Positions 27,624 through 32,000 of a stretch of DNA of 32,000 nt are shown piece after piece. Made by a program: the position numbers and the translations under genes. This stretch comes from Candidatus Calditenuaceae archaeon (GTDB lineage: Archaea; Thermoproteota; Nitrososphaeria_A; Caldarchaeales; Calditenuaceae): NCBI GenBank assembly GCA_025059595.1, contig JANXDI010000017.1, forward strand, positions 122,709 through 154,708, written 5' to 3'. Under the pieces are notes generated by a model. The model was not told the DNA's origin. It did not search any database and saw only the letters and a list, made by a program, of their open reading frames with translations. How positions within the stretch are numbered: the first letter of the stretch is position 1; each line of letters begins with the position of its first letter.

Positions 27624-28085
27624 TCAGCAGTCCACCAGTCTCCTAATCTCCAACGCCACCCTTCTACACGCCCTCTCCACACGCTCAGAGAGACCCACGC
27701 CCTCCTCGAAGCTCTCACCCTCAATACCGAAGACCAGTATCTTCTCAGGTAGGCTTCCAAGCGACTCCGCCACCCCGACCACCTCGGGGAGAGTCAAGGT
27801 ATGCGTGGACCTCCAAAAGGGGACGCTCGAAATCTTATCCATGGAGTCGAACACGTGGATGGCGCCGGGCTCCGAGAGACTCTCCACCGCATCGACCACA
27901 ACTAGGAGGCTTATGTCGCCCGCGAGTATGTTGAGTAGCTCGACCGGCGTCTGGGCTCTCACAATCTCCACACCCTCCACGTCCGCCAACAGCTCAGCCA
28001 CTCTGTGCCCGGCTCCGTCATCCCCTCTGAACCTATTGCCGATGCAGGCTACGATTACCCGAGGCTTCCCACTACTCCCTCTCAA
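27624..28085 (-). CDS. [NiFe]-hydrogenase maturation endopeptidase (HycI/HoxW/HyaD family)
   Basis: The ORF has [24 protein letters not shown] and VVVDAV. It overlaps the 3' end of the large-subunit gene by 14 nt. Confidence 0.8.
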   Translation of the reverse strand: MRGSSGKPRVIVACIGNRFRGDDGAGHRVAELLADVEGVEIVRAQTPVELLNILAGDISLLVVVDAVESLSEPGAIHVFDSMDKISSVPFWRSTHTLTLPEVVGVAESLGSLPEKILVFGIEGESFEEGVGLSERVERACRRVALEIRRLVDC

Positions 28086-29367
28086 TCTCGAGCCTGAGGA
28101 AATGCGTCGCGCAGGAGATGCAGGGGTCGTAGTTCCTTATCGCCTGCTCGAACCTCCACACGGCCTGGCTGTGGGGGAGCTTGATTAGGTCTGGGGCTAT
28201 TGCTCTCAGGTCCTCCTCGATACTTTTCTGGTTCTGGGAGGTTGGAGGAACAATCTTGGCCGATAGAATCCTACCCTCACCGTCTAGGTCATATCTGTGG
28301 TAGAGGATGCCCCTCGGAGCCTCCGTGCATCCGCATCCACGCCCAGCCCTAACCACAGGCTCAACCCTCGGCCTACTCGGCTCAGAGTATTCGCCGATGA
28401 TTCTAAGCGCCTCCTCGAAGGCGTAGAGTGTCTCGGCAACCCGTGCTATTATGCTCATAAACGGGTTACGGCAGGGTGTCTTGAACCCGGTTCTGCTCAG
28501 CGCCTCTTTTGTCCGGTCGTGAAGCTTGTCGCTGTTCAGGTTGATTCTCGAGAGGGGGCCAACCATGTAGGCGCCCCTTCCCTTGATGTATGAGTGGAGG
28601 GCGTTTGAGTGCGGCACCTGCTCCTCTACGAAGAAGTCCTCATACTGTTCTACCGAGATGTCGAGGCCCTTGTTTGAGACTATTCTCCCCTCGTTCATCG
28701 GATACTCGTCGGGATGCCTGAGGGCGACGAACTCATAGTCCTGCTCGAAGTCGGGAAACTCGAGGCCCGCAACCCAGTCCAGCAGCTCTTCAGTAAGCCT
28801 CATACCCTCCTCCAACCCGCCCCTCATTTCGAGCAGTGTTCTCTTAGACGGAGCGCGGTAGAAGCCACCAACACACGCAGATACCGGGTGAACCTCCCTG
28901 CCCCCAATCGTCGCTACAATCTCGTTACCGATTTTCTTCACCTTAAGGGCCTTCTTCACGACGTCGGGGTGGCTCTTCGCCATCTTTATTGCGTCGTCGT
29001 AGCCGAGGAAGTCGGGCGCGTGGAGGAGGAATGCGTGGAGCATGTGGCTCTCAATCCACTCTCCACAATAGATGAGCCTCCTCAGACTCCTTATCGTCGG
29101 GTCGACCGTCAACTTGAAGGCATTTTCAATTGCGTGTATCGCGCTCATTTCGTAGGCGACGGGGCAGATTCCGCATATTCGCGCGGTTATGTCTGGTGCG
29201 TCATAATACATCCTGCCCACGAGGAAGGCCTCGAAGAGCCTCGGAGGCTCGAATACCTTGAACTTGACGTCGACGACCTCGTTCCCCCTGAGCTTGATGT
29301 AAAGCGCCCCCTCACCCTCAACCCTCGCGAGGTAGTCGACCCGATACTCCTTCTCCCTTACGCTCAA
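28072..29367 (-). CDS. hydA: [NiFe]-hydrogenase large (alpha) subunit, group 3b type
   Basis: The ORF has N-terminal RVEGEGAL and [10 protein letters not shown]. The C-terminus is DPCISCATH followed by a 9-aa extension (FLRLEIERE), the expected substrate for the protease. Its TTG start overlaps the hydD stop as TTGA. Confidence 0.92.
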   Translation of the reverse strand: MSVREKEYRVDYLARVEGEGALYIKLRGNEVVDVKFKVFEPPRLFEAFLVGRMYYDAPDITARICGICPVAYEMSAIHAIENAFKLTVDPTIRSLRRLIYCGEWIESHMLHAFLLHAPDFLGYDDAIKMAKSHPDVVKKALKVKKIGNEIVATIGGREVHPVSACVGGFYRAPSKRTLLEMRGGLEEGMRLTEELLDWVAGLEFPDFEQDYEFVALRHPDEYPMNEGRIVSNKGLDISVEQYEDFFVEEQVPHSNALHSYIKGRGAYMVGPLSRINLNSDKLHDRTKEALSRTGFKTPCRNPFMSIIARVAETLYAFEEALRIIGEYSEPSRPRVEPVVRAGRGCGCTEAPRGILYHRYDLDGEGRILSAKIVPPTSQNQKSIEEDLRAIAPDLIKLPHSQAVWRFEQAIRNYDPCISCATHFLRLEIERE

Positions 29368-30134
29368 GGCTTGGCCTCCACCTCCCTGAATCCAGGTGCC
29401 CAGGCGTTAAACAGCCTGAAACTCATGACAACCTCCTCCCTGCTCCTTCCGAGCTCCAGGAATCGTTTCATGAGAGCATTAGTGTTGAGGGACTCCTTCG
29501 GGCCGTAGCAACCGTAGCACCCCCTCCCGTAGGCGGGGCAGATGGCCCCACACCCCGCGTGAGTCACTGGCCCGAGACATGGGACACCCTGAGCAACCAC
29601 GATACAGACAGTCCCCCTAAGCTTGCACTCGACACAGACGCTTTGGTTGGGAATGTTCGGCGCCCTACCGGCGAGGAACGCCGACATCACCTCGAGGAGC
29701 TGATACTTGTTTATGGGGCACCCTCTGAGCTCGAAGTCGACAGGGACGTGGTCGGAAATGGGTGTCGACTTGTCGAGAGTCTCAATGTATTCGGGCGTGG
29801 CGTAGACATATTTCATGAACTCGGCCGACCCTCTCCAGTTTCGGAGGGCCTGAATCCCGCCAGCCGTCGCGCAGGCACCTATCGTTATCAACACCTTACA
29901 ATTCTTCCTAATTTCCTTGATAAGCTCGGCGTCGTGGGGCGTGGTTATGCTTCCCTCAACCAATCCGATGTCGTAGGGCCCCTTGACGACCGCGCGGCTG
30001 GCCTCGAGGAAGTATGCAATCTCAAAGTTCTCGGCGATTGACAGGAGCTCGTCCTCAAGGTCAAGGACGCTAAGCTGGCAACCATCACAGGACGCAAACT
30101 TGTAAACCGCTATCTTAGGCTTCCTCCTCACCAT
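29364..30134 (-). CDS. hydD: [NiFe]-hydrogenase small (delta) subunit, group 3 type
   Basis: The ORF has [26 protein letters not shown] and the C-terminal Cys cluster CVECK...[25 protein letters not shown]. Confidence 0.88.
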   Translation of the reverse strand: MVRRKPKIAVYKFASCDGCQLSVLDLEDELLSIAENFEIAYFLEASRAVVKGPYDIGLVEGSITTPHDAELIKEIRKNCKVLITIGACATAGGIQALRNWRGSAEFMKYVYATPEYIETLDKSTPISDHVPVDFELRGCPINKYQLLEVMSAFLAGRAPNIPNQSVCVECKLRGTVCIVVAQGVPCLGPVTHAGCGAICPAYGRGCYGCYGPKESLNTNALMKRFLELGRSREEVVMSFRLFNAWAPGFREVEAKP

Positions 30135-30994
30135 CAGACCTCCCTCCTCCCGAAGAAGTTCGAGACCTCCGCGAAACTGAAGACCGGACCATCCTTACAG
30201 ACGAATGTCGGGCCGAACTGACAGTGTCCACATAGCCCGACGCCACACTTCATGTTCCTCTCCATCGATATGAAGATTCTATCATCAGGTAGGCCCTGAT
30301 TCTTAAGCTCCTGAACCGTGAACTTCATCATGATCTCCGGGCCGCAGACATATGCGTAGGTGTTGCTAGGCTCAAGCTTGACGTGCCTGAAGAGCGTAGT
30401 GACAACGCCGATGTAGCCGCGCCACTTCTCATCACCTCGGTCGACCGTGACCAAAACCTGCGCATCCAGCCTCCCCCTCCAAGCCGGAAGACTCCTCTTG
30501 TAGAGGAGGTCCCCCGGCGTCCTGGCGCCGTATAGAATATAGAAATTGCTGTACTTCTCCCTGTTTCTGAGGATGTACTGAATCGCGGGCCGGAGAGGCG
30601 CCAGGCCAATTCCACCGGCAACTATGACAACATCTTGGCCCTCAGCCTCTTTAAGCGGCCAACCCCTACCGAAAGGCCCCCTAACACCAACCATGGAGCC
30701 TATATCTGCCGAGACCAGCGCCTTAGTCACAGGCCCGACAGCCCTTATGGTCTGCTCGATAGTCTTCCCGTTGAGAGAGTTCCCGCTTATCGATATCGGG
30801 ACTTCGCCAACACCGAAGGAGTAGAGCATGACGAACTGACCGGGCTGGTATGCGAGTCCATCGCCCCGGCGCGGCTTTAACTTGAGAGTGTAGGTGTCCG
30901 CCGTTTCCCTCGTCTTCCCGACTACGCGGAACCACTCCATCTTGAACGTGTCAGGTGCCTCAACAACCTTAAGCTTCTGCTCGGCCAACATCAC
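30134..30994 (-). CDS. hydG: Hydrogenase gamma subunit: FAD/NAD(P)-binding oxidoreductase with C-terminal [2Fe-2S] (AsrB-like)
   Basis: The ORF has [34 protein letters not shown] and [12 protein letters not shown]. Its GTG/ATG start overlaps the preceding stop as GTGA. Confidence 0.85.
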   Translation of the reverse strand: MMLAEQKLKVVEAPDTFKMEWFRVVGKTRETADTYTLKLKPRRGDGLAYQPGQFVMLYSFGVGEVPISISGNSLNGKTIEQTIRAVGPVTKALVSADIGSMVGVRGPFGRGWPLKEAEGQDVVIVAGGIGLAPLRPAIQYILRNREKYSNFYILYGARTPGDLLYKRSLPAWRGRLDAQVLVTVDRGDEKWRGYIGVVTTLFRHVKLEPSNTYAYVCGPEIMMKFTVQELKNQGLPDDRIFISMERNMKCGVGLCGHCQFGPTFVCKDGPVFSFAEVSNFFGRREV

Positions 30995-31473
30995 ACACTC
31001 ACCCTCGACTCACCGTAAATGTCGGCGAGACGCATCCTCGCAGCCCTCAATCTATCAGCGACAACAGTCAGGATGCGCCGGTAAACCTCGTATCCAAATT
31101 CGCGGTCACTCTCCATCATACGCAGAAGCTTCTCAGAGTCTATCGCTATCGCCATCGTGTTCTCCGTGGCGACCGCCCCGGCCGTCTTCTTATAGGGCTC
31201 GAGGATTGCGGACCAGCCCAAAACTTCTCCACCACTTATTGTCTCAAACCTGAACTCTCCGCGCGGAGGGACGTGAAAATAGAGAGCCACGTTACCGTAC
31301 ACTATGAGGTATAACTTCTTGTGAACCTCCCCCTCGTCAAAGACTCTCTGACCGGCCCCAAATCTAACCAGCGTCGAGATGGATGCGAGCTCTTTGACCT
31401 TGGCCTCAGAAAACCCTTTAGTGAAGGGGTGGTCTTTCAGAAGAGTCAGAAGCTCAACCTGCTGGCCACTCAT
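30991..31473 (-). CDS. Stand-alone cyclic-nucleotide-binding (CAP-effector) domain protein, no DNA-binding domain
   Basis: The 160-aa ORF reads F.GFSEAKVKELASISTLVRFGAGQRVFDEGEVHKKLYLIVYGNVAL...ISGGEVLGWSAIL...KKTAGAVATENTMAIAID. This is the cNMP_binding pattern F..l......l......f..G..if.eG.....ly.i..G.v. It forms ATGA and GTGA overlaps with hydB and hydG. Confidence 0.75.
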   Translation of the reverse strand: MSGQQVELLTLLKDHPFTKGFSEAKVKELASISTLVRFGAGQRVFDEGEVHKKLYLIVYGNVALYFHVPPRGEFRFETISGGEVLGWSAILEPYKKTAGAVATENTMAIAIDSEKLLRMMESDREFGYEVYRRILTVVADRLRAARMRLADIYGESRVSV

Positions 31474-32000
31474 TTCGCAGCCACCTCCACTTCGGCGCGC
31501 CTAATCTTCTCCGCCTCCTCGGTAATATCTATTCCCACTGGGCACCACGTGATACACCTGCCACAACCGACGCAGCCCATGACCCCGAACTGGTCGACCC
31601 AAGTCGCCAGCTTATGCGTGAGCCACTGCCGATACCTGCTCAGCCTGCTAGACCTGATTGACCCTCCATGAATGTAGGAGAAGTCAAGGTTGAAGCAAGA
31701 GTCCCACCTCCTCCAACGCTCCGCCACATCTCCATTAAGGCTCGTAACCTCCTCAACTGTCGTGCAGAAGCAGGTCGGGCACACCATCGTACAGTTGGTG
31801 CACGCCAAACATCTCTCCGCAACCTCAGCATAGACTGGGCTTTCGATGTTCCTGTAGAGTAGCTCCTTTAACCCATTCACGTTAAGCTTCTTCCTAAATG
31901 ACTTCTGGCTCTCCTCCATCTTCTCCTCGGCCCTCGATACCTCCTCCCTGGTCGCCTCCCTGGCACCGATACGCTTGAGGAGGCTTAAACCCTCATCAGA
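31470..32000 (-). CDS. hydB: Hydrogenase beta subunit (AsrA/HydB-like 4Fe-4S protein), 5' end beyond the window
   Basis: The ORF has CLACTNCTMVCPTCFCTT...RWDSCF......CVGCGRCITWCPVGIDI. The frame stays open upstream of the called Met (31919) to the window edge, so this is the C-terminal part only. Confidence 0.8.
   Translation of the reverse strand, partial: SDEGLSLLKRIGAREATREEVSRAEEKMEESQKSFRKKLNVNGLKELLYRNIESPVYAEVAERCLACTNCTMVCPTCFCTTVEEVTSLNGDVAERWRRWDSCFNLDFSYIHGGSIRSSRLSRYRQWLTHKLATWVDQFGVMGCVGCGRCITWCPVGIDITEEAEKIRRAEVEVAAK

Noticed and set aside
28714-29508. Long antisense ORFs inside well-supported genes, including 28714-29508, 21443-21985, 6151-6627, 6655-7140, 9827-10300, 23048-23380, 3618-4043 and 27332-27760.
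   Set aside because: - These are shadow frames, typical of G+C-rich coding DNA.
- Their products are Arg/Ser/Pro-rich low-complexity sequence with no motifs.
- Each lies entirely within a gene that has strong family signatures on the other strand.

Overview
This is an archaeal chromosomal window. The evidence is RNA polymerase subunits N and L, TFS, exosome Csl4, archaeal-type TIM and PGK, an intron-containing tRNA, and TATA boxes about 25-30 nt upstream of many starts. It is G+C-rich with heavy AGG/AGA Arg usage, which suggests a thermophilic Thermoproteota-like lineage, but the organism cannot be named from sequence alone.

Most of the window is core genome:
- rps2-eno-rpoN.
- A KaiC-like ATPase and an RPA-like OB-fold protein.
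- A GH127 family protein and tpiA.
- A phnDCE-type ABC transporter.
- Alpha-glucan phosphorylase, SppA and an HpcH-type aldolase.
- A pgk-gap operon and cimA.
- TFS, rpoL, csl4 and tmk.
- A tightly coupled group 3b [NiFe]-hydrogenase operon (hydB-cNMP-hydG-hydD-hydA-protease) that runs off the right edge.

Four tRNAs are present: Ala with an intron, Arg, Pro and His. There is also one orphan tRNA 3' half.

Two small, visibly A+T-richer tRNA-associated islands look like decayed integrated elements:
- About 11.27-13.2 kb: one orphan secreted or anchored protein and no integrase.
- About 18.0-20.5 kb: a disrupted tyrosine integrase abutting tRNA-Arg, an intact vapBC pair and a PIG-L/LmbE-like gene relic.

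I did not see a CRISPR array, rRNA, or an obvious multi-gene defence system. The most unusual items I can support are:
- A stand-alone cNMP-binding-domain ORF translationally coupled inside the hydrogenase operon.
- The tRNA-Ala island with its replaced 3' half.
- The SSV-like integrase wreck.
- A bacterial-type GAPDH coupled to an archaeal PGK.
- Two conserved genes (cimA, rpoL) whose conserved N-termini have no ATG/GTG/TTG start.

All family calls come from motif recognition by eye. No searches were run.
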